From assembly GCF_018350175.1 (NCBI RefSeq), contig NC_058374.1, positions 75,454,001-75,518,000 on the forward strand: DNA of 64,000 nucleotides. The letters run 5' to 3'. The DNA comes from Felis catus. Its lineage: Eukaryota. Each line of letters begins with the position of its first letter. Positions within the stretch are counted from its first letter, which is position 1. Below the pieces are notes generated by a model. That model had not been told where the DNA came from. It saw nothing but the letters and a program-made list of their open reading frames with translations, and ran no database searches. The position numbers were made by a program, and so were the translations under genes. Positions 49,765 to 59,939 of the stretch are shown here, in pieces.

Positions 49765-52700
49765 ATGTCTCCGCACGTATACCCAGTCTCCGGGTCGGTA
49801 GTGATGCGGCTCAGGAGGGGGCCCGTTCTCATAAATGGCTCTCAATCTGGGCCAAACTTCCTGGTGGGTGTGCTGGAGTTCCCTCAGGGAAATAAGAAGT
49901 TTATGATCATCAAATTCAGTTAACACATTAGACTGTAGGTTGGGAATTATGGGGGGGGGCACTCCATACATGATTTCAAAGGGGGTTAATCCCAGTTTGT
50001 AAGGGGGGTTCCGCACCCTGAACAGAGCATAGGGGAGTAAGACTACCCAGTTAGCGCCAGTCTCCATGGTCAATTTGGTTAAGGTCTCTTTTAGCATTCT
50101 ATTTATTCTTTCTACCTGTCCTGAGCTTTGGGGTCTATATGCACAATGTAGTTTCCAATCAGCCCCAATAAACTGAGCTATCCCTTGTATTACCTTTGAA
50201 ATGAATGCTGGTCCGTTGTCTGACCCTATTAGGGTAGGGAATCCGTACCTGGGCATGATGTCTTCCAACATTTTCTTTGCTACTACCTGCGCAGTCTCAT
50301 GCTTGGTGGGGAAGGCCTCTGTCCATCCTGAAAAGGTATCTATAAACACTAACAAATATTTATATCCATATTTTCCAGGCTTTACCTCGGTGAAGTCTAT
50401 TTCCCAATAGGTTCCGCGGGTTCTGGAGCCAGGGTTTTTCCCGTGGTTGGTGGCGTTAGTTAGTTGGCAAGCTTTACAGCTAGTAACTATCTGTTCAATT
50501 TTTGTCCTAGAGTCTTTAATGGTGATCCTAGCATGTCTTATTAAGTCTTGCATTTTTCTTGTGCCCATATGAGTGGCTCGGTGCATCTTGGATAAGACTT
50601 TATTTCCCATTTCTTCTGGGAGGATTATGCTACAGTCTGCTGCTCTCCACCATCCGTTAAGGCACTGAGTCATAGGCAATTTTTGGATCCAGTTTAGGTC
50701 TTCTTTAGTGTAGGTGGGACTTTCTGGTAAACTAGCTGAACCGGGGTCTGGTAGGGTGGTCATTAAAGCACAGTCCACCTGTAAGGCCACCTCTCGGGCC
50801 ACCTGGTCAGCCAAATTATTTCCTCTGGCCACCGGTGTGACTGGTTTTTGGTGGCCTGGGCAATGTATGATGGCTAGTCGTTTAGGCAGCCAGAGTGCCT
50901 TTAAAAGAGCCAATATTTCTTCTTTGTTTTTGATAGTTTTCCCCTCTGCAGTTAACAGTCCCCTCTCTCTGTATATAGCTCCATGTATGTGGGCCGTAGC
51001 AAAAGCATATCTGCTATCGGTATACACGTTTAGTCTCTTGTCTTTTCCCAAAGTCAGTGCCTTGGTTAAGGCCACAAGTTCAGCCCGTTGGGCAGAGGTG
51101 CCAGCTGGCAAAGGCTCTGCCCAAACAGTCTCAGTTTCAGTTGTGACTGCTGCCCCCGCGTACCTTTGACCCTGATGTACAAAGCTGCTGCCGTCAGTGA
51201 ACCAGGTAACTTCGGCATCTGGTAGCGGGTGATCCTGTAAATCTTCCCGAACTCCATGAACCTGTGCCAATATCTCAGCACAGTCATGGAGGGGGGTATC
51301 CATGTCCGGGTCTGGTAACAGGGAGGCAGGGTTTAGTGTTCAGGGGGGAGCATAAATGATTCTAAGGGGATTTAATAATAGTCCCTGGTAGTGAACCAGT
51401 CGGGTGTTACTTATCCATCGGTCAGGAGGTTGTTTGAGGACTCCCTCGATGGCATGAGGGGTTGTAACATGTAACTCTTGTCCCATAGTTAATTTATCAG
51501 CATCCTTTACCATTAGAGCTGTAGCAGCGATCATATGGAGGCAAGGGGGCCAGCCAGCCGCTACTGGGTCTAGTCTTTTTGAAAGATAGGCAATGGGCCT
51601 GGGCCATGGGCCAAGGAGTTGCGTCAGCACTGCTTTGGCTACCCCTTTATTTTCATCTACGAAGAGATGAAAGGGTTTGGAGACATCGGGGAGCCCTAAG
51701 GCTGGTGCCGACAACAGGGCGAGTTTAATTTGCTGGAAAGCCTGCTCAGTTTCCTCTGTCCACTCAAAGGGCGCCTGTTCTCGGGTGACCAGGTAAAGAG
51801 GCTTAGCCATCTCGGCGAACCGAGGTATCCACAAGCAGCAGAACCCAGCCGATCCCAGGAATTCTCTTACCTGCCTTCGCGTTGTGGGTCGGGGGATGCG
51901 GAGGACAGTTTCCTTCCGTGCATCAGTGAGCCATCGTTGGCCTTCTCTTAACAGATACCCCAAGTAGGTTACCTCGGATCTGTAAATTTGGGCTTTCTTT
52001 GCTGAAGCCCGGTACCCCAGGGGACCAAGTGTCCGGAGGAGATTTTTGGTGCCTTGCAAGCAAGCTTCGGCAGTCTCAGCGGCGATTAAAAGATCGTTAA
52101 CGTACTGCAAGAGAGTCACTTCGGGGTTTTGATTCCAGTACTCACCCAGATCCTCGTGAAGTGCCTCACCGAACAAGGTGGGTGAGTTTTTAAATCCTTG
52201 GGGGAGCCGGGTCCAGGTGAGTTGCCCATTTATGCCTCTCTCAGGGTCGGACCACCCGAAGGCGAAGAGCTCTTGGCTTTTGGGGGCCAGAGGCAGGCTG
52301 AAAAAAGCATCTTTTAAATCAAGGACAGTATACCATTGTCTTTCTGGGCTGAGGGCACTTAGGAGGGTATAGGGGTTGGGTACTGTTGGGTGTGTGTCCA
52401 TGACTCGGCGGTTAACTTCTCTCAGATCTTGCACCGGACGGTAGTCCGCACTGTTAGGTTTTCGTACAGGCAGCAGGGGGGTGTTCCAGGCTGAATGGCA
52501 GGGACGCAAGATGCCTAAGTCTAGGAGGCGACGGATATGTGGCATGATGCCATTTCTGGCCTCCATTGACATCGGGTATTGTCGGACCCGAACTGGATCT
52601 GCCCCCGGTTTCAGCTCTATGAATAGAGCTGGGCGATGTTTAGCCAACCCCATACCCCCGGTTTCTGCCCATGCTTCTGGAAACTGCTGGAGCCAGGGCT

Positions 52701-53124
52701 CTATATTTTGACTTTGTGAGGGTGGCCCCTGATGGAGTCGATATTCATCTTCTAATCTTAGAGTAAGTATGGTAATGGGTTGGTTGTGAGGGCCAGTCAA
52801 TTGGGGGCCCCCTGGCGTAAAATGAATCTGGGCCCCCATTTTAGTGAGTAAGTCTCTTCCTAATAAGGGGCATGGGCTGTCGGGGATGACTAGGAAGGAA
52901 TGGGTGACCTTTCCATTTCTTAGGTCCACAGTCCTCTGGGTGATCCAGGGATATTTTTTTATTCCGGTAGCCCCTTGGACCCAGGAAGATTTTTCAGAAA
53001 TTTTTCCATGGGGTCTGATCAAGACCGAATGTTGTGCCCCTGTGTCGACTAGGAATTGAACTGGGTTCCCCTCCACTTGTAGCGTTACCCTAGGTTCGGG
53101 GAGGGGATCCGAACCCCGTCCCCC
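49765..53124 (-). pseudogene. pol: pro-pol (protease, RT, RNase H, integrase); one in-frame TGA, RT active site YVND, IN C-terminus deleted
   Basis: FLVDTGA (PR), LPQGFKNSP and LQYVNDLL (RT), WFTDGSS/YTDSRYAF (RNase H), H..TH...CKAC, WEIDF, SDNGPAF and QVER (IN). ORFs 51340-53076 and 49693-51303 are in the same frame, split by TGA at 51340-51342. Confidence 0.96.
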
Positions 53125-53127
53125 CTA
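53060..53127 (-). promoter_or_regulatory. gag-pol amber readthrough signal (UAG + pseudoknot)
   Basis: TAG GGG GGA CGG GGT TCG GAT CCC CTC CCC GAA CCT...GAGGGGA, with pol in frame with gag. Stem 1 GGTTCGG/CCGAACC, stem 2 TCCCCTC/GAGGGGA, as in MLV-type viruses. Confidence 0.85.
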
Positions 53128-54678
53128 TTCTGCATCTTGAGTGAAGAGGGCGGGTGTGGTTTTTGGCTGCCACGGTTTTTGATCATGACGTGGCTTTTTC
53201 TTTTTAGGGCATTCTCGGGCCCAATGGCCTTTTTCTTTGCAATAGGCACATTGGTCCTTATCTAGGGGCTTTTGTTTATCCAGGGGCTTTTGGACAACAG
53301 CGGCCAGGACTTTGGTCATTTCCTCGGTGGCTTTAAGTTGCCTGTCCTCTGGAGTCTCTCTATTATTATAGACACGCTGGGCAATGCGGAGTAAGTCCTG
53401 AATCTGTTTTCCCTCCAGGTCCTCTAGTTTCTGGAGTTTCTTTTTAATATCAGTGGCTGCCTGATTTACAAAGGCCATTACAACAGCAGCTTGATTTTCG
53501 GGGGTCTCGGGGTTCATAGGGGTATACTGTCTGAAGGTTTCCATTAATCTTTCTAAATAAGTGGCAGGGCTCTCTGTCTTACCTTGTATTACTGAATACA
53601 CTTTTGCCAAATTAGTGGGCTTGCGTGCAGCAGCCCGGAGACCCGCCATTAGAGTCTGGCAATAAATGCGCAGCCGTCCCCTACCTTCTGCCGTGTTGTA
53701 GTCCCATCCACCCTGTGGGGGTCGGGTCAAGGGAAAAGCTGCATTAATGAGATCAAGGTTAGCAGTGGGTTGGCCGTCATCTCCAGGAACCAGCTTTCTT
53801 GCTTCCAATTGAATTCTTTCTCACTCCTCGGTGGTGAACAGGATTCAGAGGAGCTGCTGACAATCATCCCAGGTGGGTTGGTGGGTAAACATAACGCTGT
53901 CTAAGAGACTTATTAAATCTTTAGGGTTGTCAGAAAATCGGGCATTCTGGGTTTTCCAGTTATATAGGTCACTGGTAGAGAAGGGCCAGTATTGAAGTCG
54001 GGGGTTCCCCGTATCATGGGGAGGCCCTATTTCCCGTAAGGGTAAAGCTACGGTGGAGTCAGGAAGGCGGAGTCCTGGCTCATGTGGGGCCCGCCTACAG
54101 GTACGTCCAGCCGGCCTTTGGACTTCGCCCCCACTAGGCATGGGCGCGGGTTGAGCCTCCCTATTCTCTAGTTCTCCTATGGGCTGGGCTATGGGAGGCT
54201 CTGCTGGCGCAGCAGGGATAGGGGCAGCTTGTGGAATAAGAGGAGGAACCTGATAAGGGGGAGGGTCAAGGGAAATTAAATCTTGGTTGTGGGGAGAACA
54301 GGGGGTGCAGTTGGAGTTGGCGGCTTGGGAGGGTTGATAGGTTTAGCCGCTAGAATTTTGCATGGCCCTGTTGTTAAAAAAAGAGGCCATCCAGGGAGGT
54401 GGGTTTTCTACTAAGTCTTGCCACACCAGAATATAGGGAATCTGATCCGAGTGACCTTCTTTCCCTGGTAGGAAAATTTTTGATTTTACTTTAAGGACCA
54501 CAGAGAGGCAGAAGGTTCCCTCTGTAGGCCAATTGACCCCAAAGGTGGGCCATTCAGAGCGGCAATAGGTGATCAACTTCCTTTTGCGAATGTCTAGGCT
54601 TAAGTTGTGTCCTCTAGCTTTTACGTCCCTGAAGTTGGCGAGAAGGAGGGAGAGAGGGGTGCTCTGCGTTTGGCCCAT
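53125..54678 (-). pseudogene. gag: gag (MA-p12-CA-NC), disrupted by two frameshifts and two TGA stops
   Basis: MGQTQSTPLSL...CRSEWPTFGVNWPTEGTF (MA), PTAP and PPPY motifs, QYWPFSTSDLYNWK/THQPTWDDCQQLL (CA), QGKTESPATYLERL (MHR) and CAYCKEKGHWAREC (single CCHC). TGAs at 53845-53847 and 53821-53823. Confidence 0.95.
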
Positions 54679-55436
54679 GTTATGATTCTGAGGAAGAGGA
54701 GAAGAGAAAGGGGGCGCGGGCAGCACGGACTGGGGGGGGGGGCGCCGCTGGCCAGGGGGCGGGAGGGAAAGCCGCAGGGAGCTGAGGAAGGAGGAGAGAG
54801 GAACAAAGGATGGAATAGTTAATTCTGATCAGCCTAGAAAACACTTAATTCCAATAAAACATCCGACCCATGAGAGAAAAACAAGAACTAACAAGATTCT
54901 TTCGCAGGGGTTCCAACTTTCTGGTGCCGTCTCGGCCAGCCCAACAGAAAGGGTTATGGCTAGGACGGCAGTAATTACAAGGGCCCAGGGGTGACAATAC
55001 ATTTAGACTGACATAGAAGCACTCGCGTACTCGCCCGTCCGCGTCCCTCGCGGGAACTTAGGTGCCTCTTAGCATGGGCGGGCAGGTATAAACCCCCTGC
55101 TTGGATCAAAATAAATTTTGACCGCCTTAAGCCGTATGAGGATCACGGCGGAAGTCGGGTTAGAGCCCACTCGAATCCCGTAGCTTATGCCGTGGGACTA
55201 CACATAGGGGAAGTCAGGCGTGTGCCCCTGACTCCCAACAATCATTCCAGTCGTTTTAACAGACAGACACACAGACACACATCACATCAAAATACGGGTA
55301 ACAATTGGCATGCCTAGATGGTTTTTTCTTTTAGAAGCCTAGAGATATTTCTTAGCACTCTGGAAGTTCATAGAGAAAATGAAAGTATTTAGTTCGCAGG
55401 CGCGTTGGGCGTAAGCAGCCCACAGAAAAGAATCCT

Positions 55437-55525
55437 GATGGGCCAAAAAAGGCCCCCCGATGGACCAAGAAGGTCCCCTGATGGACCAAGAAGGTCCCCT
55501 GATGGGCCAAGAAGGCCCCCAGATG
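55437..55525 (-). repeat. tandem 21/22-bp repeat x4 in proviral leader, each unit a 5-bp hairpin
   Basis: gatgggccaaaaaaggcccccc / gatggaccaagaaggtcccct / gatggaccaagaaggtcccct / gatgggccaagaaggccccca / gatg. Confidence 0.92.
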
Positions 55526-55663
55526 TCAGTGGACGTCTCCAACTGACCCCGGCTGGGTGCCCTATAGCGCGTCCGCCAGGGTCACACCAGCTTCCAGACA
55601 GAACCGGTTCTCCAGAGAAGAAACACAGATCAGAGAGAAAAGGAAGAACGTTAGAGCCGGCTT

Positions 55664-55671
55664 ACTTACCG
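55664..55671 (-). promoter_or_regulatory. probable major splice donor of provirus
   Basis: Minus strand CG|GTAAGT about 55 nt downstream of the PBS, the usual gammaretroviral position. Confidence 0.7.
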
Positions 55672-55722
55672 ATCGGAATCAGATACGACCCGTTGACCAG
55701 AAGTCTGGTGGGCTCGGGGCAG

Positions 55723-55740
55723 ATCTCGGTGGGACCTCCA
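55723..55740 (-). other. primer binding site complementary to tRNA-Gln
   Basis: Minus strand TGGAGGTCCCACCGAGAT, 2 nt after the 5' LTR. This is the known Gln-type PBS sequence. Confidence 0.9.
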
Positions 55741-55742
55741 AA

Positions 55743-56363
55743 TGTAATGCCCGAAGTTCCGAAACCTCCCACGAAAGTCCACCAGAGTCGTAAGTCAAAG
55801 CCAAGCGGCAAGGGTCGTTTATTGCAGGTTCGAACCTGGTCCTCTGCGCACTCGTCGCCGGTGACGCAAGAGGCCACGATCAGGGTTGGTACAGCGTTTT
55901 TATAGACAGAGACAAATAGCACAGGGGAGGTTTCAAATTATGAGGGGCCTGATTAGTTGATTTTAAAGTAAGGACATTTGTTGTTCAATGATTGGGCGTC
56001 CTTTGTCTGTCCTTTGGCGGGAAGGCTTTGTCCCTTACTTGTGGCGGGAGGAAAAAAGGGGGAAGGGGGTAGGTGAGGAATGTGCTAAGCAAGCAGGTTT
56101 CCAGAAGCGAGAAATGCCGGTTAGTTTATGTACAATCACTCATTCCATTACATATCAGACTACATTTAGGAAGGTTTACAACCCATTCTACTACACAGCG
56201 GGTTACATTCAGGAAAGGCCTCACAATGCTCGTAGCAAACAGCAAGCAAAACAGACTTCTCAGCAATTGTATTTCTTATCAAAGATCCATAATAAGCAGA
56301 AAAGAGAACTTTAGCTTTAAACTAAGGCAGGGCTGTCATTTGGATTTAAAGCTGTTCTTTTCA
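55743..56363 (-). repeat. 5' LTR (621 bp)
   Basis: Direct repeat of 48846-49474. Minus-strand TATA (~55897-55904) and AATAAA (55818-55823). Followed by the PBS. Confidence 0.96.
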
Positions 56364-56609
56364 CAATACTGAGATACCTAATAATGCATGTTATTGATGA
56401 GGGACAGAAGCAGGAAAATGTTTAGGCTTAGCCCAGATTTAGGCTGATTTATAGTCTGTGTAGTTCCAATAAGGATCAAATATGTGTTGATTGCTACATT
56501 CTTTGTCTCACAACTGCCTGTATATTACTGGTAGTTAATATCGAACTGAATGATAAGCACCAGAGGAATCTTGCAAAAGTAGTTTTGTGAGTAGAAATTC
56601 GAAGAAATT

Positions 56610-56800
56610 TGTAATCTGATACTCCCTGCAAGCCCTCTACCCTTTGATTCTAAGCAGATAACCACCAGCCTCACACAGCAAAAGTGTAGCTTTTTCTGCC
56701 CATGGGTCCCGTCCCCATGCTGCCGAAATAAACTTACTAAGTTGCACCATACAATGTCTCAAGAATTCTTTCTTGACCTGTGCTCCACAACCCCGCATCA
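56610..56800 (+). mobile_element. partial older ERV1-type LTR fragment
   Basis: ctgcccatgggtcc...gaaataaac...tgtctcaagaattctttcttgacc...catca resembles the R/U5 end of MER34-like LTRs. Confidence 0.45.
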
Positions 56801-57034
56801 TTTTGATGAATGGGTTAAAACACTTCAGTTCCATTTTACTTTGTTTTTTCATTAACATGTTATCATAAAATTATCAGGTACCGAATCATGCACTAATTAA
56901 TAACACATCTGTATTTCCAATTTTTTAAGTTATAATAAGAAAGCAGATACATTAAAGAAAAGATGATGATTATCAAAAAATAATTCCATCACCCATATTT
57001 AGGTATATTTTCTTCTAATGTCTCTTATACATAA

Positions 57035-57260
57035 AAATTTTATTTTTTTAATGTTTATTTATTTATTTTGAGAGAGAGAGAGAGTGCAAGCAGGGGAGAG
57101 GAAGGGTGGGGGGTGGGGGTGGCGAGAGAGAATCCCAAGCAGGCTCCACACCATCAGCACAGAACCTGACATGGGGCTCCATCTCACGAAGCCATGAGAT
57201 CATGACCTGAGACGAAATCAGGAGTTGGATTCTTAACCAACTGAGCCACCCAGGCACCCC
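57035..57260 (-). mobile_element. Can-SINE
   Basis: Antisense SINE body. Confidence 0.85.
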
Positions 57261-57809
57261 AAGATTTTAATGTAATCCATTTATTAGGCAGGGCCAATTC
57301 CATGGCAAATATACATGAAAATTTTTTTTTTCCATTTCTTTAGTTCAACTGTGCTGTATAATCTCCATTTCCTTCCCCACCCCATCTGTCAGCTTTTCCA
57401 ATTCTTCTCTTTCTGGCTCAGACAGGCGTAGAGGAAAGATCAGCAAGTCTACTGCTGAAGCAGATGTCTAACAGGAATGAGATCACAATATATTCTGCTT
57501 GCAGGCATTCTCTGTTTTTGTGAGTTCTTCTCTTAAGAGCCTGTTCATTTGGATTCCACAAAAGAAAAGCAATCCTACTTGCCCCATGAGAAAGGAAGGA
57601 AACGACTTCTCACCACAAATACTAAATCCCAATAAGGCCAATGAAATGAACACCCTCCCCAATGTGTTCCCAACCCAAACATTTTATATAGCCAGGGAAG
57701 GAGGGGGTTGGCAATAACTAGTGGTCGCATCATAGGTTCTGCTATCTCTTACTAAGCCTTGAAAAGGGTCTGATGCCATTATTGGTAGATATTATCAGAT
57801 GTAGGGTAT

Positions 57810-58061
57810 TTATGTTGTGGGAATATAAACTGGTTCGGCCACTATGGAAAACTATATGAAGATTCCTCAAAAAAATTAAAATTAGTTCTACCATGGGGCA
57901 CCCGGGTGGCTCAGTTGGTTAAGCGTTTGACTTCGGCTCAGGTCATGATCTCATGGTTCATTGGTTCAGGCCCCACATTGGGCTCTGTGCTAATAGCTTG
58001 GAGCCTGGAGCCTGCTTCGGATTCTGTGTCTCCCTCTCTCTCTGCCCCTCCCCCAGTCACG

Positions 58062-58099
<38 letters not shown>

Positions 58100-59475
58100 A
58101 ATTAAAATAAACATTAAAAACTTTTTAAAAATAGGTATACCATATAATCCAGCCATTTCACTTCTGCATATACACCCAAAGGAAATTAAAATAAGATATC
58201 AGGGGCGCCTGGGTGGCGCAGTCGGTTAAGCGTCCGACTTCAGCCAGGTCACGATCTCGCGGTCCGTGAGTTCGAGCCCCGTGTCGGGCTCTGGGCTGAT
58301 GGCTCAGAGCCTGGAGCCTGTTTCCGATTCTGTGTCTCCCTCTCTCTCTGCCCCTCCCCCGTTCATGCTCTGTCTCTCTCTGTCCCCAAAATAAATAAAC
58401 GCTGAAAAAAAAAATAAGATATCAAAGAGATATATGCAATCCTGTGTTTATTGCAGCATCATTCATAATAGCTAAGATATGGAAACAATCTAACAGCCCA
58501 TCAAGAAATAAAGGGATAAGGAAGGTGTGGGGTAGGTATACAATGGAATATTATTCAGCCATAAAAAAGAAGGACATCCTGCCATTTGTAACAACATAGA
58601 TGAATCTTGAGCACTTAATGCTAAGTCAGACAGAAAAAGACAAGTACTACATGGTATCACTTATACATGGAATCTAAAAAAGCCAAACTCATAAAAACAG
58701 AATAAATGGTGGTTACCAGAAGATGGGAGGTGGGGAGATAGGAGAGATTTCATTTAAAGATACAACCTTGCAACAAGTAGTAAATAAATCCTAGAGGTCG
58801 AATGCACAGTACAGTAAATATAAGCAACAATATTGTATTATAATCATCAAACTTGCTTAGACACTAGAACCCGATTATTCCAACCAGTAAAAACAAATTA
58901 TAATTATATAACATGACAGAGGTGCTAATTATCACTACAATAGCATTTATAGTATATAAATGTATCAAATTAACATGGGGGTGCCTGGGTGGCTCAGTCG
59001 GTTGAGCGTCCGACTTCAGCGCAGGTCATAATCTCGCAGCTCCTGAGTTTGAGCCCCGCGTCGGGCTCTGTGCTGACAGCTCAGAGCCTGGAGCCTGTTT
59101 CAGATTCTGTGTCTCCCTCTCTCTCTGTCCCAACCCACTCGCATTCTGTCTCTGTCTCTCTCAAAAATAAATAAACATTAAAAATTTTTTTTAAAAATTA
59201 ACATGTTGTTCATCTTAAATTTACATAATGTTATATGTCAAATATATTCCAATTAAAAAAAAAAAAAACTCACAGAGAGCAGATCTGTGGTTGCCAGAGG
59301 CCAGGGGGTGGAGGGTAGGCAAAAATGGGTGAAAGTGCTCGAAAGGTACAAACTTCCAGTTATAAAGTAAATAAGTCCTAGGGATGCAATGTACAGCCTG
59401 GTGACTATAATTAATAATACTGTATTGTATATTTGAAAATCACAGAGAGTAAATCTTTAAAGTTCTCAAGGAAAA
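57810..59475 (+). mobile_element. L1 3' end(s) with three inserted Can-SINEs (57895-58130; 58202-58412, young, TSD aaaataagatatca; 58977-59195)
   Basis: tgtgggaatataaactggttcggccactatggaaaac...tcctgtgtttattgcagcatcattc. The 3' UTR is similar to 12160-12650. Confidence 0.85.
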
Positions 59476-59477
59476 AT

Positions 59478-59493
59478 TTTCTTTCTTTCTTTC

Positions 59494-59545
<52 letters not shown>

Positions 59546-59671
59546 TTTTAGAGAGAGAAAAAGAAAGTGCCAGTTGGGGAGGGACAGAGGAAGAGAAAAA
59601 GAGAGAGACAGAGAGAGAGAGAGGATCCCAAGCAGGCTCCATGCCAAGCATTGAGCCCAACACAAGGTTCA

Positions 59672-59718
<47 letters not shown>

Positions 59719-59749
59719 CTTTTGGCTAACATTTGTTGAGGATATACAT

Positions 59750-59788
<39 letters not shown>
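59478..59788. repeat. compound microsatellite (CTTT)n / partial antisense SINE / (TA)n / (GA)n
   Basis: (CTTT)n at 59478-59545, (TA)n at 59675-59715 and (GA)n at 59753-59788. Confidence 0.9.
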
Positions 59789-59793
<5 letters not shown>

Positions 59794-59939
59794 AAATCCT
59801 TTTCCTATCCTTCCTTCTCCAGTCCCTACCAGCTTAATAAAAGTTCTTTTAGGCTTTAAATAATTGCTTTAATTCAGAAATTTCAAATACTCCCCTGTGC
59901 CTCTTACTGTTTACCTTCCTAGTCAGCTGGAAAGTGTGT

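Larger units (their letters stand above)
48846..56363 (-). mobile_element. endogenous gammaretrovirus-like (class I) provirus, 7518 bp, env-deleted, defective
   Basis: Two ~98% identical LTRs with TG...CA ends and a 4-bp TSD CAAT (48842-48845, 56364-56367). PBS, gag, pro-pol, env remnant and PPT occur in canonical order. Confidence 0.97.

Noticed and set aside
50714-51169. 151-aa ORF antisense to RNase H, and similar shadow ORFs over the OR genes
   Set aside because: Expected by-products of codon bias on the opposite strand or frame; no recognisable domains.
54679-54828. Possible glyco-Gag: ~50 open codons in frame upstream of gag with a CTG at 54777
   Set aside because: The in-frame peptide is Pro/Ser-rich with no hydrophobic signal anchor. 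A G11 run makes the frame uncertain, so it cannot be supported.
55437-55525. Short palindromic direct repeats superficially like a CRISPR array
   Set aside because: There are no unique spacers or cas genes, and the context is a mammalian retroviral leader.
55405-55905. 166-aa + strand ORF with PDGPRRS repeats (possible antisense viral protein)
   Set aside because: It has a non-ATG start, the repeats merely translate the 21-nt hairpin array, and it runs into the LTR. No independent coding evidence.
8401-59174. Many 60-110 aa ORFs with GAWVAQSVKRPTSAQVMIS or RGRERGRHRI-type peptides; tRNA-like A/B boxes
   Set aside because: They are translations of tRNA-derived Can-SINEs, not genes or tRNAs.
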